Of a DNA stretch of 64,000 nt, positions 10,704 through 21,208 are shown piece after piece (positions within the stretch are counted from its first letter, which is position 1; every line of letters begins with the position of its first letter). The notes below the pieces were generated by a model, which had not been told where the DNA came from, did not search any database, and saw only the letters and a program-made list of their open reading frames with translations. The stretch is from positions 32,001-96,000 of the forward strand of contig CAVVMW010000012.1 of the NCBI GenBank assembly GCA_963749495.1, written 5' to 3'. Source of the stretch: an uncultured bacterium (GTDB lineage Bacteria; Verrucomicrobiota; Verrucomicrobiia; Limisphaerales; UBA8199). The position numbers and the translations under genes are program-made.

Positions 10704-13247
10704 ATGCTGCAGTACGAACGGATGAATCGGCTGTCAGGGGTGTGCCTCGATGAACAGATCCCCATCGCCTGGGTCAACAACCACGTCATCGTCGCGCCGG
10801 ACCTGTCGCTAGCCGTCGGCTTGAGGGTGCAGTACCCCGACACCCTGTTTGTCTCAAGCGAGCAGGCGGACGAGTTGCACAACACGTTCAGCAGCATGCT
10901 CAACCAGATGGCGGTCATGGGGGACGGCGAAGCGCGCCTGCAGTTTCTGACGATCTGCCATAACCAGTACGATGAACTGCTGGACGACTACCTGCTGACG
11001 AGGCCGCAAGGCAACCCGCTGCTGGCGCAGTTCAAGCGCGACCTCGGCCAGCATTACCGGGAAAAAGCCGCCTCGAACCAACTCCGTCGCTACTCCTGTT
11101 ACCTCTTCATCGGCATCGAACCGATTGTCGAATATTCCGAAAGAATCAAGCGCCATCGGAAGTTGAGCCCCAGGGACCAATGGATCCGGCGCGCATCGAA
11201 CCTCCTGCGGGACACATTTGAGTTGTCGATGGACGAGGCGGCGAACATGACGCAGGAGGAGTGGAACACCGCCGTCAACGTCCTGTCAAAGCAGGTTCAG
11301 CAGGCCCAAGCCGTGCTGAAGGCGGCGGGCATCCAGGCGGGGCTCATGCCTTCGGACGAGCTGATTGAGACGCTCTATTGGTGGTACAACCCCAGGTCCT
11401 ACGCGCTGGGTACCCGGCCACCTCCTTTCGATCCGATCGAACCCAAGCCCGCAACTGCCTACTTCATCCACGGCCAATTGGAGGTGAACCCGAAACAGGG
11501 ATGGCTCCAGATGGACGGCCTCTACCGGCGAATCGTGTTTCTCCACGAGCCGCCCAGCCAGCTCCAGTTTGGCATGCTGCTGCCCCAAATGCTGGCGCCG
11601 GGCTTTGTTGCCGGCGCGTTCTGCGTTGAAGCGCGCAGCAGCGACCCCGCCAAGCGGCTGCGCAAGCTCAAGAACCGCCGCCTGCAGGTGCTGGGGCGCG
11701 TGGGCAAGCAACCGGAACTGCGCCGCACACTGGAGGAAATCGAAGCGGAGATTGACGAACTGGCCACTGGCCGGGACCGCCCGTGGGTCGCCTCGCACTC
11801 CATCCACCTTTGGGCAACCGACCTGGACATCCTCAATGACCTGGTGCTGGAGCAGCGCCAGTTTGGGCAGCAGAACGAAGGAATGATCTGGATCCACGAG
11901 ACCACGCCCATTTTCCCTTACTTCATCAAAACCACACCCGGCTACGTGAGCGACAAGGACCGCTACCGGGACCATGCCTACTCCTCCAGCCAACTGGCCA
12001 CGCTGCTGCCGGCGCTGTATCTGCCCGACGGGTCGGAAGCCAAGCCGGCCTGCCTGTTTACCACCCGCTACGGCACCCTTTACAACTTTGAACCCCATGA
12101 CCAGGTCAGCCTGAACAACTACAACATGATGATCGCGGGCTCGTCTGGCTCGGGCAAATCCGTCGCGACGAACCTGATCCTCCTGCAGAAGATGGCCAAT
12201 GGCGCGCGCTGCGTCGGCATCGACATCGGCGGTTCCTATTATAAGCTCTGCCACGTTCTGGGGGGCAACTATCTCACGATGGATCTGGACAGTGACCGCA
12301 ACCGGATGAATTTCCTCTACGCGCCGCCGGGCACCATCCCGGGCGAAGAAGAGATCATCCAGAACGCGCTCCTGGTCGAGCGCATGGTCATTGAAAACGA
12401 CCGCGACCAGCTCGCCAAGGAAGACCGGATGCTGCTAACCGAGTGCATCCGCCAGGCGTACCAGGCCAAGGCCGGGCGCGGCGAGGAAGTGATCCTCAGC
12501 GATGTGCAGAAGATCCTGGCCAACCAGACCTCCCCCAACGCCAAGTCGCTCGGCAACCGGCTGCGCATCTGGTGCAAAGGGGGCAGTTACGGCAATCTCT
12601 TTGACGGCAACAGCATGGTCACCGCCCGGAATCCCTTCACGGTGTTTGATTTCACGCGCCGCAAGGACGATCGCGACGTTGGGCCGATCATGATGATGGT
12701 CGCAATCCGCTTCGCCCAGACAATGACCCGCGAGTTTGCAGCGCAGGACAAGATGTTCTTCATCGATGAAGGCTGGAACCTGATGTCCTCACCGATCTGC
12801 GCCCAATTCCTGGAGGAAGCGGCGCGCACCTACCGCAAATACGGCATTGCCCTCATGTTCATCTCCCAGGGCATCACCGAATGGGGGTCTCTAAAGAACA
12901 GCGAGGCCATTCGCGACTCCATCAGCACGTTCTTTCTGTTCAAACTCTCCGCCAATGTCGCCGAGCAAACCGTGCGCTACATCCAGGGGCACGAGGGCGA
13001 TCTGCTGGCCCTGCGCAGCCTCGTCACCGAACCCGGCCAATACTCCCAATGCTACATGATCCAGAAGCGCGCCCAAGGCACACGCCGCCTGATCCTGGAA
13101 CTGACCATGCCGCCGCTGCTTTACGCGACCACCACCACCCGGCCCGCAGACAAGCTGGAGTTTGAGAAACTGCTGGGGTCGGGCATGACGCTCACCGACG
13201 CCCTCACCGAGTTCGCCAAGCGCTATCCCAAAGGCGTCAAAGCGTAG
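10704..13247 (+). CDS. virB4: VirB4/TraC-family conjugative ATPase
   Basis: 847 aa; Walker A GSSGSGKS, GIDIGGSY, Walker B FFIDEGW, ARTYRKYG...FISQ, and LLYATTTT near the C-terminus, all typical of VirB4/TraC. Confidence 0.9.
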   Translation: MLQYERMNRLSGVCLDEQIPIAWVNNHVIVAPDLSLAVGLRVQYPDTLFVSSEQADELHNTFSSMLNQMAVMGDGEARLQFLTICHNQYDELLDDYLLTRPQGNPLLAQFKRDLGQHYREKAASNQLRRYSCYLFIGIEPIVEYSERIKRHRKLSPRDQWIRRASNLLRDTFELSMDEAANMTQEEWNTAVNVLSKQVQQAQAVLKAAGIQAGLMPSDELIETLYWWYNPRSYALGTRPPPFDPIEPKPATAYFIHGQLEVNPKQGWLQMDGLYRRIVFLHEPPSQLQFGMLLPQMLAPGFVAGAFCVEARSSDPAKRLRKLKNRRLQVLGRVGKQPELRRTLEEIEAEIDELATGRDRPWVASHSIHLWATDLDILNDLVLEQRQFGQQNEGMIWIHETTPIFPYFIKTTPGYVSDKDRYRDHAYSSSQLATLLPALYLPDGSEAKPACLFTTRYGTLYNFEPHDQVSLNNYNMMIAGSSGSGKSVATNLILLQKMANGARCVGIDIGGSYYKLCHVLGGNYLTMDLDSDRNRMNFLYAPPGTIPGEEEIIQNALLVERMVIENDRDQLAKEDRMLLTECIRQAYQAKAGRGEEVILSDVQKILANQTSPNAKSLGNRLRIWCKGGSYGNLFDGNSMVTARNPFTVFDFTRRKDDRDVGPIMMMVAIRFAQTMTREFAAQDKMFFIDEGWNLMSSPICAQFLEEAARTYRKYGIALMFISQGITEWGSLKNSEAIRDSISTFFLFKLSANVAEQTVRYIQGHEGDLLALRSLVTEPGQYSQCYMIQKRAQGTRRLILELTMPPLLYATTTTRPADKLEFEKLLGSGMTLTDALTEFAKRYPKGVKA

Positions 13248-13256
13248 AGGCCCGGA

Positions 13257-13691
13257 GTGAAAACCATACCCTACAACCGCAAGATCAACGCCCCGCTACG
13301 CTTTCTCTACTACCTGGAGGTTTTCGATCTCTTCGTCATTACCGTCCTGGGTTTTCTTGTGCCGCTGGGCGTGTCCACGTTTCTGCCGGTGGACATTCCC
13401 ACCTGGCATATGCTGTTGTGGTTGGTGGGACTGACCTTCACACTCATCATCAAGATCGGCCGGGCGCCCGGCTTTATCCAGCACCGGCTGGCGCAGCTTG
13501 TGCGGCCCAAGTCCTACCACCCCGGGAAACGCCGGTTGCCGCATTTTCTGCTCAACCCGGAAGTTTACCGGGGCGAGGTCGAGGCAGCTCAGCATCCCGA
13601 ACAGCCATTCACTCCAGCAGAACTTGGGCAGATTCAGAGCAACTTGCGCCGCCTCCGCCAGGCCCGCCGCGAGGCCGACCTTCTGGCCTGA
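13257..13691 (+). CDS. TraL/VirB3-like membrane protein
   Basis: IPYNRKINAPLRFL N-terminus, two TM helices, then KIGRAPGFIQH, resembling TraL/VirB3; adjacent to virB4. Confidence 0.55.
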   Translation: MKTIPYNRKINAPLRFLYYLEVFDLFVITVLGFLVPLGVSTFLPVDIPTWHMLLWLVGLTFTLIIKIGRAPGFIQHRLAQLVRPKSYHPGKRRLPHFLLNPEVYRGEVEAAQHPEQPFTPAELGQIQSNLRRLRQARREADLLA

Positions 13692-13721
13692 GGAGGGCAA
13701 ATCTCACCCAAACACTTTTCC

Positions 13722-16700
13722 GTGAGCGATTACCCGTCAAACGGAAAGGGCGGCGTTTCCTCCACGCTGGAGCGGGTCGAAACTGATGACCAGCTCAGAC
13801 TGTTTGTGGCCGAGCCAGCGCCGTTTCCCGAAAGACAATACCGGCGCCTGCTCGACGGCGCAGCGCCGTTCCAGGACGTCAAGGGCTCTCTGGGCGGCAA
13901 AAAGAAGGGACCGGAAAAGGAGGTACCGGTTTCCTTTTCACTGCCCGGAGGATTGGAATGGCGTTCTCATTGTTGCCTACCATCCCTCTTTTCCCGAAAT
14001 GCGGAGGATGGAGAAACGCCCCGGTGAGTTTCGTGGGCGTGATGACCGGCGAAGCCTACACCCTGCTTACCGCCCACGTCCTGCAGAAAATCGGATTGAG
14101 CTGGGGCCGCTGCCTCCACGCGAACCTGGTGCCCTGGTACGTGCCCCCGAAGACGCGCGTCACGGCCGGGGAGGAACGATATGGTTTCCAATTCATCGAA
14201 CGGCTCATCCGCGACAAAAAGCCCCAACTCATCATCAGCTTCGGGGCCAATGTTGTGCCGCACCTGGCCAAGCACCTCGAAAATGCCACCGTCACGGAAT
14301 TGCAGGGACAGCTTATACCGCTCGAACACTATCAGACGCACCTGGTCTGCGCGACCCAACCGGGAAACCTGCTTGGCAAAGCGGAGTGGATCAAGAGCTG
14401 GGAACGAACCATGCGCGGCGCCTTGATGAACTGGTTCAATCAGAACAGGGACAGCCCACCTGACCCCCCTTGTTTCTGCATCGACGACCCGGCGGATCTG
14501 CGGCGGCACTTGCAGGAAATTCAAGCTGACCGCGAGGAGGTGTTTTGCCTCGACACCGAGTTTGTCGGCCACGACGTGGCTGATTACAAAATCCTCGACA
14601 TCATCCTGGCCACCCGCAGCCGCACGCTCAACATCCGTGTCCACGAGGGGCGCCACGCACCGGTGTTGCGCAACCCCTACGACCTGCCGGAGGACAAGGG
14701 CGCGGTCTACATTTTTCCCACTGAAGCAGCCTTCAAACAGTGGACGCCGCCCTCGCACAACTTCCGTGCCTACATTGACGAGGTCCGCTGGGTTTTCAAA
14801 GGAAGCCAGAACGAGCTGGCCGGCATACTGAACAGCCATTTGCGCCGTCCTGGAATCAAGCTGGTCGGGCACGCGCTCAAAGTGGACGCGATCCAAATGC
14901 TCCTGTTTGGCGTTGACCTGCGCGACCAGTTGCACGTGTGCACCTACGACCTGGCCAAAGTGCTCGACGAGGGACAGCCTCAAGGGCTGGATGATCTCAT
15001 CAAGGTTTACCTCGGAAAAGAGGACCACAAGGCGGAGTTGGCCCGCTACCGGGAGACCAGGGGCATCACTGAGGGCAGTTACGGCCTGGTGCCGCCCGAG
15101 ATTCGCCTGCCCTACGGCTGCAAAGACGGCCGCCGCACCTTCGAGCTTGTGCCGGCGATGCTGGCGGACCTGAAACAGCAGGACGAGGACCTCAAGCGCA
15201 GGGAACCGGACGCCTGGGCCAAAGGGTGGACGCTCGAGAACGCTTACTTCAACGTGAAGCGCAAGCAGATGGGAGCCCTGATCGAGATGGAACTGGTCGG
15301 GCACCCCTTCAGCCTCAAACGCCTCGCAGAGAACATCGAATGGTACGACACCCGTCTGGAAAGGCTGCTCGCCGAAACGGTCGGCTATATCAAGACCCGC
15401 GTGACGACCCCGGAAGTGAACCCCGGCTCGGCCGCGCAACTGCGCCAGATTCTGTTTAACCAACCGCCGGGGGGCATCGGGCTGTACCCGATGTTCACCA
15501 CGGAACGACCCGTGCGCGAATGGCCGCGAGCCATCAGGGAGGCCCTCTTCAAGGCCAGCCAGGAGGCGCGGCTCAAGCCCGGCGCGAAGTTGGACGACGC
15601 CGACAGGAAAAAGGGGCAGGCGTTGCTGGATTTCATCCACCGGCGGCACGGCAGCGCCACGTTCGATCTCAACGATCCCAGGGTCCGAAACTCGCTCAAG
15701 AGCGCGGACTGCCCGATGCCGTTGCAGATTCCCGAACGAGACTATCCGGTTGTGACCGCATCCACCAATCAGGAGACGCTGGAGATGCTGGCGCCAACCG
15801 ACCCGCTTTGCGAAAAATTGAATGATTGCCGCTCGATTGCCACCCTGGCCAACAATTATTGCCGCAAAGACGGGCCCTGGGGCGCCAGCCGGGTGAAGGA
15901 ATACCTGGAGTCATTGGAGCAAGAGGAAGACTCCAATCGCAACCAGCTTGAACTGTTCGGCGCCGGCGAGGTTGACACGAAGAAGTCACCGGGCCCGAAT
16001 CTCATAGGAAAACGCCAGAAGGCCTTGTCCATGGCCGTGAACCGGGAGCAGTCCATCCTCTACACGACCTACTGGGGGTCCTTGGAAACGCACCGGCTGC
16101 GCACCTCGCCCAACGTGAGCGCGGTGCCCAAGGGAGAGGAAGATTACGTCTCCAAGATAGTCGGCGAAAGGCCGCCGCACACTATCCGCGGAATGGAGAT
16201 GGCGCCGCGAGGCTGGTTCATGGTGGAATTGGACTACTCGGCCGCGGAGGTGCAGCGGCTGGCTCAGGTTTCTGGGGATCCGGAAATGACCCGGATTATG
16301 GAGGACCCCGAAGGAGACCCGCACGCTTCCTTGGCCCGCGCCAAGGATCCGGAACGCCTGGGCAGTCTGAGCGACGCCGAAATCAAGAAGCACCACAAGG
16401 CGGAACGGGATGAGGCCAAGCCCTTCACCTTTGGCATCCCTTACCAGCGCGGAAACGAGGCCATGGCGCGCAGCCTCAACCGCGAGGCGGTCCGGGCCAA
16501 GAAACCGGCCAAGCACACCGCCGAGAGCGTCGCGCATATCAAGAACGCCTACCGGAACCTTTACCGCGTGGCCTGGGAATACCTGGAACACCAGATGAAT
16601 CGCGTCATCCCGCAGGAGACCGGACTTGGCGGGAAAACCTACTTTACGCACAAAGGCGTTTTCGGCTACCAGGTCAGTCCCGCGGGCTTTCGCCGCCGAT

Positions 16701-17152
16701 TCCTGGATCCCGCCCTGGTCCGGGTCATCCTGAACCAGGAAAACCGCTGGGATAGCGACCTGTTGCGCGCTCTGAAGGATATGCGCCGCGAGGCCTCCAA
16801 CTGGCAGATTCAACACGGCGTGGCCGTCTACATCATGGAGGCCTGCGCCAACTGGGTGGAGTTTCGCCGTCGCAACCCCGATGTCCCCATTGTGCTCATC
16901 GACATATTGCACGACGCCCAGCGCTACCTGGTTCATTGGTCGGTGTTGAGTCTCGCAAAAGAATTGCTCCCGCGCATCATGCTGGACATCCCTTCAAACC
17001 AGCGGCCCCATCTGCGGGTCGAAACGCGAATCACTTACGAGTGGAACGGGCCAGAGGTGAAGGAATTCGTCCCGCACCCCAACCAGCCGGTCATCGAGAT
17101 TCCGGGCCTCAAATACTTGGGGCTGGAAGGGTGGAACCGCGTCAAGCCTTGA
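13722..17152 (+). CDS. Family A DNA polymerase with N-terminal uracil-DNA-glycosylase-like domain (SPO1-type architecture); two frameshifts (about 13930 and 14025)
   Basis: Exonuclease motifs CLDTEF, VGHALKVD, YGCKD; polymerase motifs LDYSAAE (A), RDEAKPFTFGIPY (B), ILHDA (C). The N-domain (VLIVAYHPS...FVG, ANLVPWYVPP, KPQLIISFG, ATQPGNLL) follows the UDG family 4 pattern. Confidence 0.85.
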
Positions 17153-17229
17153 GGAAAGGGTCGCGGGCTCAAACCCCGGGAAGTGTCGCAGACCTTTGCG
17201 CCTCTGTTCCTCCCCAGGAGACCTGATCA

Positions 17230-17697
17230 TCAAGGAGAGAGGCCAGGCGGCGCTGCTCCGCGTGGCGCCTGCAGCCGCGGTTGAGGAGCGCCGGATACCG
17301 CTGCCTGCCAAATGGGGAAACGCCTTCCCTGGCGGAGAAGGTTGACGCGCCCAGGTCCGACCTCGATCCAAACCAAGTTGTCTCGCGCCTCGATAAGCGC
17401 GGGCAGGTTCAGGCGGCGAACCAAATCGGAGGGAACGGGAACTTGCGTCAGGCGCCACCGCCCTCCCACCTGACGGAGGCCCAAGACCTCCCCTTCACTC
17501 GTGCGGCCCCAGAGCGCGTAGAGGCCCGGATTTGCCTGAAGTTCCTGACGGATTCCCTGCTCGCGGGCTGAACGGCTGGCCAGTCGATCGAAAAACGCAT
17601 GCATCAGCGCCAAACGCGGGGTTAGAAGCCCATCGCTGACGAGGCCGCAGACGAGCAGGCCCGTCACATGACCCGGAAACTCACCAACCTCGAACAT
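17230..17697 (-). CDS. Hypothetical protein
   Basis: 155-aa ORF filling the gap, divergent from 17801 across a palindromic TATAAT. Confidence 0.5.
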   Translation of the reverse strand: MFEVGEFPGHVTGLLVCGLVSDGLLTPRLALMHAFFDRLASRSAREQGIRQELQANPGLYALWGRTSEGEVLGLRQVGGRWRLTQVPVPSDLVRRLNLPALIEARDNLVWIEVGPGRVNLLRQGRRFPIWQAAVSGAPQPRLQAPRGAAPPGLSP

Positions 17698-17800
17698 AAA
17701 TCCTTCACAATACCCATCATGGGGTACCCCTCATTATAATGTGATAGGGCCTGGCGGGCTTTGGTTAACCAGTTGCCGCTACAGGCAACCAAAAAGAAAT

Positions 17801-18373
17801 ATGGACCAAATAGAACGGTTGCTGGCGCTCTACAAATCAGCCCAGACGGATTCCGAGCGACGCATCCTGCTGGAGGCAGTCCAGATCAGCAATCCCGACG
17901 ATTTCCCGCGTCTGGAGGACATCATCCTGCGCGACCAGGTGCGGGGGATGACATACGACCGGCTCGTGGAGATGATCGCGGGCCACCGCAATGTCAGCCT
18001 CCAACAAGCTGACGAGCTGTTGCGAGATACCGTGCTCGAGCACCTGCTCGACCGACGCAAGCTCAAGGCGGCGGGCTCGCCGCGGCAACCGGCCGCCCTG
18101 GAGTCCGAAACGGTTTCTGGAACAAAAACCCCGCGCGCCGCGCCTGCGGCGGCTGTGCCTGGACCCAGCAAAACCGCTGCTGCTGCGCCTCAGAACGAAC
18201 CCCCACAGCGGGGAACAGTCGAGGTGGTCATCCTCGAGGATCCGAGCCAACGGGAAGCGACTCCGGCAGTGATTGGGAACGTGAAACCGGAAGAAGGCCA
18301 AAACCGGCACCCGTCGCCGACATCAGCGCCAACGCCATTCGGCCGGCTTCAGCCGCGGGGAATCAGCGGATAA
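17801..18373 (+). CDS. Hypothetical protein (helical N-terminus, Pro/Ala-rich tail)
   Basis: ORF from ATG 17801 with backbone codon usage. Confidence 0.65.
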   Translation: MDQIERLLALYKSAQTDSERRILLEAVQISNPDDFPRLEDIILRDQVRGMTYDRLVEMIAGHRNVSLQQADELLRDTVLEHLLDRRKLKAAGSPRQPAALESETVSGTKTPRAAPAAAVPGPSKTAAAAPQNEPPQRGTVEVVILEDPSQREATPAVIGNVKPEEGQNRHPSPTSAPTPFGRLQPRGISG

Positions 18374-18441
18374 ACAGCCAAACAGACTTCGTCAAGACGG
18401 CCGTCTTTCGCGCGGGCGCTTTGGAAGGGCTGCCGCCCAGG

Positions 18442-20469
18442 ATGAAGGTCAAAACCCCTACCTATCAGAAAACGGCCGCGGAACTGGAACGGTTCTTCGG
18501 GCCCGCGGGCGGAATGGTCACACAGTTCGGTGGCCGGGCCCGGTGGAGCCAGGCAGAAATGGCCCTGACAGTCAATCAGGCCATCCACCAGTCGCAATCG
18601 ATGCTGATCGAGGCCCCGACGGGAACCGGCAAGACGCTGGCCTACCTCATCCCTATTGCGCTCTATCTGCGCAGCAGGCCCAAGCAGCGGTTCGTCATTG
18701 CCGTCGCCACAAAACATCTCCAGGCCCAAATCGAGCGGGACCTGGAAAAGTATTCCCAGGGGTTTCCCGAACTCAAGGAGAGCGCCGTCCTCAAAGGGGC
18801 CAACAATTATCTCTGTCTGAACCGGCTAAAACGGACCGCCGACCGGTCCCCACACCACAACCACGTCGAGGCCGAACTGCGCCAATTGCTCAGCGACTTC
18901 GACCAATTGGAGAAACTGGCGCACGGCTGGAGGGAGGAGTTGCCAGCGAAAGTTTCTAACGGCGCCTGGATCCAGGTAAATGGCGAGGGCAACTGCTGCA
19001 AATCGCTTTGCGGCTGCTACCGGCGCCAGGCGCGCAAACTGGCCGAAAAGGCCAGGATCGTCGTCGTGAACACCGACCTGCTGGGATACAACCTGAAGTA
19101 CACCGGCAAACCGGTTCCGACGGCAACCGACGGTGAAACGCTCAAACCGATCCTGGTCCTCGACGAGGCCCACACGCTGTTGAGCCGATTGACCGAGGTG
19201 GAAAGCGCCGATGTCTCGATCCGAACGCTGGAGAGCGCCGTTCACATGCTTGGCCGCGACGTTTTCGACCGACCGCATTTGCGCACGCGGCTGGAGCTCG
19301 TCTCCCAAAGACTCCAGCGCGTCCGCCGCGGGTTGGAACCGGGACAGGAGGGCCAGGAAGTTGTCCGACCCGATGCCCCCGCCGGCCTAGTGTGTAAGGA
19401 TTTGGTGTCTTCCATCCGCGAGATCAAGGGCATGGCGGCTCTGCTACGGAACGAAGCCCCGAATGACGACGTGGCCGGCGACTACCGCGAAGTGGAAAGC
19501 CGCCTGGCTTTTTCGGAGAAAACCCTCAATGCGTACCTGGAAAACTCGCTCCCCAACTACGTGATGCTCCTCAACCGAAAGTTGTCGCCCGGCGGACAAA
19601 CCGCACTCAACCTGGAGCTCAAGCCGTTTGATCTGGAGGACAGCCTCAACAGACTTTGGGCGAGCTTCCAGCAATGCACACTGATTTCCGCAACGCTGGC
19701 GGGCACATCCATCCCGGAAACCAAGAAGACCTTCAATGCGTCCAGTTGGAACACGGCAAACTTCCCTTCACCGTTCGATTATAGGAAACAAATGCGCGTG
19801 TTTCTGCCGCCGCGTGGAAAGACCATCACCGAGTCCCCGGCCATCGCCGAAGAGATCAAGCGCATCGCCAAAATGACCGATGGCCGGGTCATGGCCCTGT
19901 TTACCAACTACCGGCAACTCCAGGAAACGCAGTCGTTGTTGCAGGACTGGTGCGCGCGCGAAGGTTATCGGCTCCACGCGCAGGAACGGAACACGAGTCC
20001 GGAGGTGCTGGTGGAAAAGTACAACCGGGAACCCAGGGCGATCATTTTGGGCAACCACGCGATGGGCACCGGGGTGGACATCCGCATCCGCGCGCTGATC
20101 ATCACCAAAATACCGTTTGATCAGCAGACTCCCTACCGGGAGGCTCGACAGAAATATCTCGCCGGGAAGAAGCTCAATCCGTTCCGGGACGATACACTTC
20201 CGGAGACCGTGCGCCGATGGAAACAGTGGTGGGGCAGGTTGATCCGCGAAGAAAACCAAAAGGGCATTCTGGTCGTGCTCGACCCCAAACTGCTCACGGC
20301 CAGCTACAGCAGCTACTTTCTCCAAAGCCTGCCCCCCGGCATCAAGGCGACCCATCTGGACGATCCGGCCCATCCGTTTCCGTCCCGCGAACAGTACCTG
20401 CGGTGGGCCGGCAGCGCGGTGAGCGACCCTCCGCCAAAGGTGCTTGAGGTGGAAATGGCGATTGGATAA
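18442..20469 (+). CDS. dinG: DinG/YoaA-family helicase
   Basis: Q-motif, EAPTGTGKT, LKGANNYLC, Cys cluster, LDEAH, ISATL, SPFDY, TGVDI, KIPF and QWWGRLIR motifs. Confidence 0.9.
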   Translation: MKVKTPTYQKTAAELERFFGPAGGMVTQFGGRARWSQAEMALTVNQAIHQSQSMLIEAPTGTGKTLAYLIPIALYLRSRPKQRFVIAVATKHLQAQIERDLEKYSQGFPELKESAVLKGANNYLCLNRLKRTADRSPHHNHVEAELRQLLSDFDQLEKLAHGWREELPAKVSNGAWIQVNGEGNCCKSLCGCYRRQARKLAEKARIVVVNTDLLGYNLKYTGKPVPTATDGETLKPILVLDEAHTLLSRLTEVESADVSIRTLESAVHMLGRDVFDRPHLRTRLELVSQRLQRVRRGLEPGQEGQEVVRPDAPAGLVCKDLVSSIREIKGMAALLRNEAPNDDVAGDYREVESRLAFSEKTLNAYLENSLPNYVMLLNRKLSPGGQTALNLELKPFDLEDSLNRLWASFQQCTLISATLAGTSIPETKKTFNASSWNTANFPSPFDYRKQMRVFLPPRGKTITESPAIAEEIKRIAKMTDGRVMALFTNYRQLQETQSLLQDWCAREGYRLHAQERNTSPEVLVEKYNREPRAIILGNHAMGTGVDIRIRALIITKIPFDQQTPYREARQKYLAGKKLNPFRDDTLPETVRRWKQWWGRLIREENQKGILVVLDPKLLTASYSSYFLQSLPPGIKATHLDDPAHPFPSREQYLRWAGSAVSDPPPKVLEVEMAIG

Positions 20470-20525
20470 TCTTCATCGATAGATGAGTTTTGGTTTGCAG
20501 GGAAGAATCCCCGCCAATTCGCAAA

Positions 20526-21083
20526 ATGAACGCCTTATTCCAACCCGGCGCATGTTGGCTGGTTATCGCCGATAACCGGTGCACCGTGCTTCGTATCCAC
20601 CCGAACGGCAACAAATGCCAGTTTCCGGGAGAAAGCGGAGAGCACTCCTTAGATCGCGTACAGGAGTGGCTCAGCCCGGTATGGACCACGACAATGCTCA
20701 AGTGCGTCCAGTGCCTGAAACGCGTGGCGCAACAACTCAAACCCGGCGTGCGCCTCGACATCTGCGAGGAGTGCCGCAGCGCCGCCGGTGCGCCACAGCC
20801 GATGTCTTACTGGCTCGGCTACCTCGACGGCCAGCCTGAAGTTCTTCAAGTCGTGGAAAACGGAGTCCGCGTGCCGGGCAAGCGGGAGACCTTTCCCTTG
20901 GGAGAGGTTCGGGAGTGGCTGATGCCCATCTGGGGGCCCGACATGGCCTATTGCCCAGGTTGCTGCCAGGCCAAGCCGAAGCGGGACATCCTGTTCTTTT
21001 TCCAGCGATCGCCCAAGGGCCTTTGCAAGGACTGCAGCGAAAACTCCGACCTCGAAGCGGCAAGCGCGAACGTCGGCGCCTGA
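20526..21083 (+). CDS. Protein made of two tandem units, each ending in a C4 zinc finger
   Basis: Repeated WL..VL..NG..PG...L..V.EWL.P.W followed by CxxC...CxxC, twice. Confidence 0.7.
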   Translation: MNALFQPGACWLVIADNRCTVLRIHPNGNKCQFPGESGEHSLDRVQEWLSPVWTTTMLKCVQCLKRVAQQLKPGVRLDICEECRSAAGAPQPMSYWLGYLDGQPEVLQVVENGVRVPGKRETFPLGEVREWLMPIWGPDMAYCPGCCQAKPKRDILFFFQRSPKGLCKDCSENSDLEAASANVGA

Positions 21084-21166
21084 GGGCGTTCCTGCAGTGC
21101 AGCGGACGTTGTCCTGTCATATCCGCCGGCTTTCTCCGTTTTCTCAGAAGGTTCGCGGCGCCCAGC

Positions 21167-21176
21167 CCTACAATGG
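21167..21176 (+). promoter_or_regulatory. CCTACAATGG -10 box upstream of rnhB
   Basis: Copy of the recurring motif; ATG 3 nt downstream at 21180. Confidence 0.55.
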
Positions 21177-21208
21177 GGTATGCGAATTCTCGGCCAAACC
21201 CAATCTGC

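Noticed and set aside
13967..15649. 560-aa minus-strand ORF and many similar long antisense ORFs
   Set aside because: Shadows of GC-rich coding strands that carry clear motifs on the opposite strand.
17945..18050. MTYDRLVEMIAGHRNVSLQQADELL resembling HU/IHF N-terminal helices
   Set aside because: The HU beta-arm motifs (GFG, RNP) are missing; resemblance too weak.
18442..20469. DinG as a sign of type IV CRISPR-Cas
   Set aside because: No cas/csf genes or repeat-spacer array anywhere in the window.
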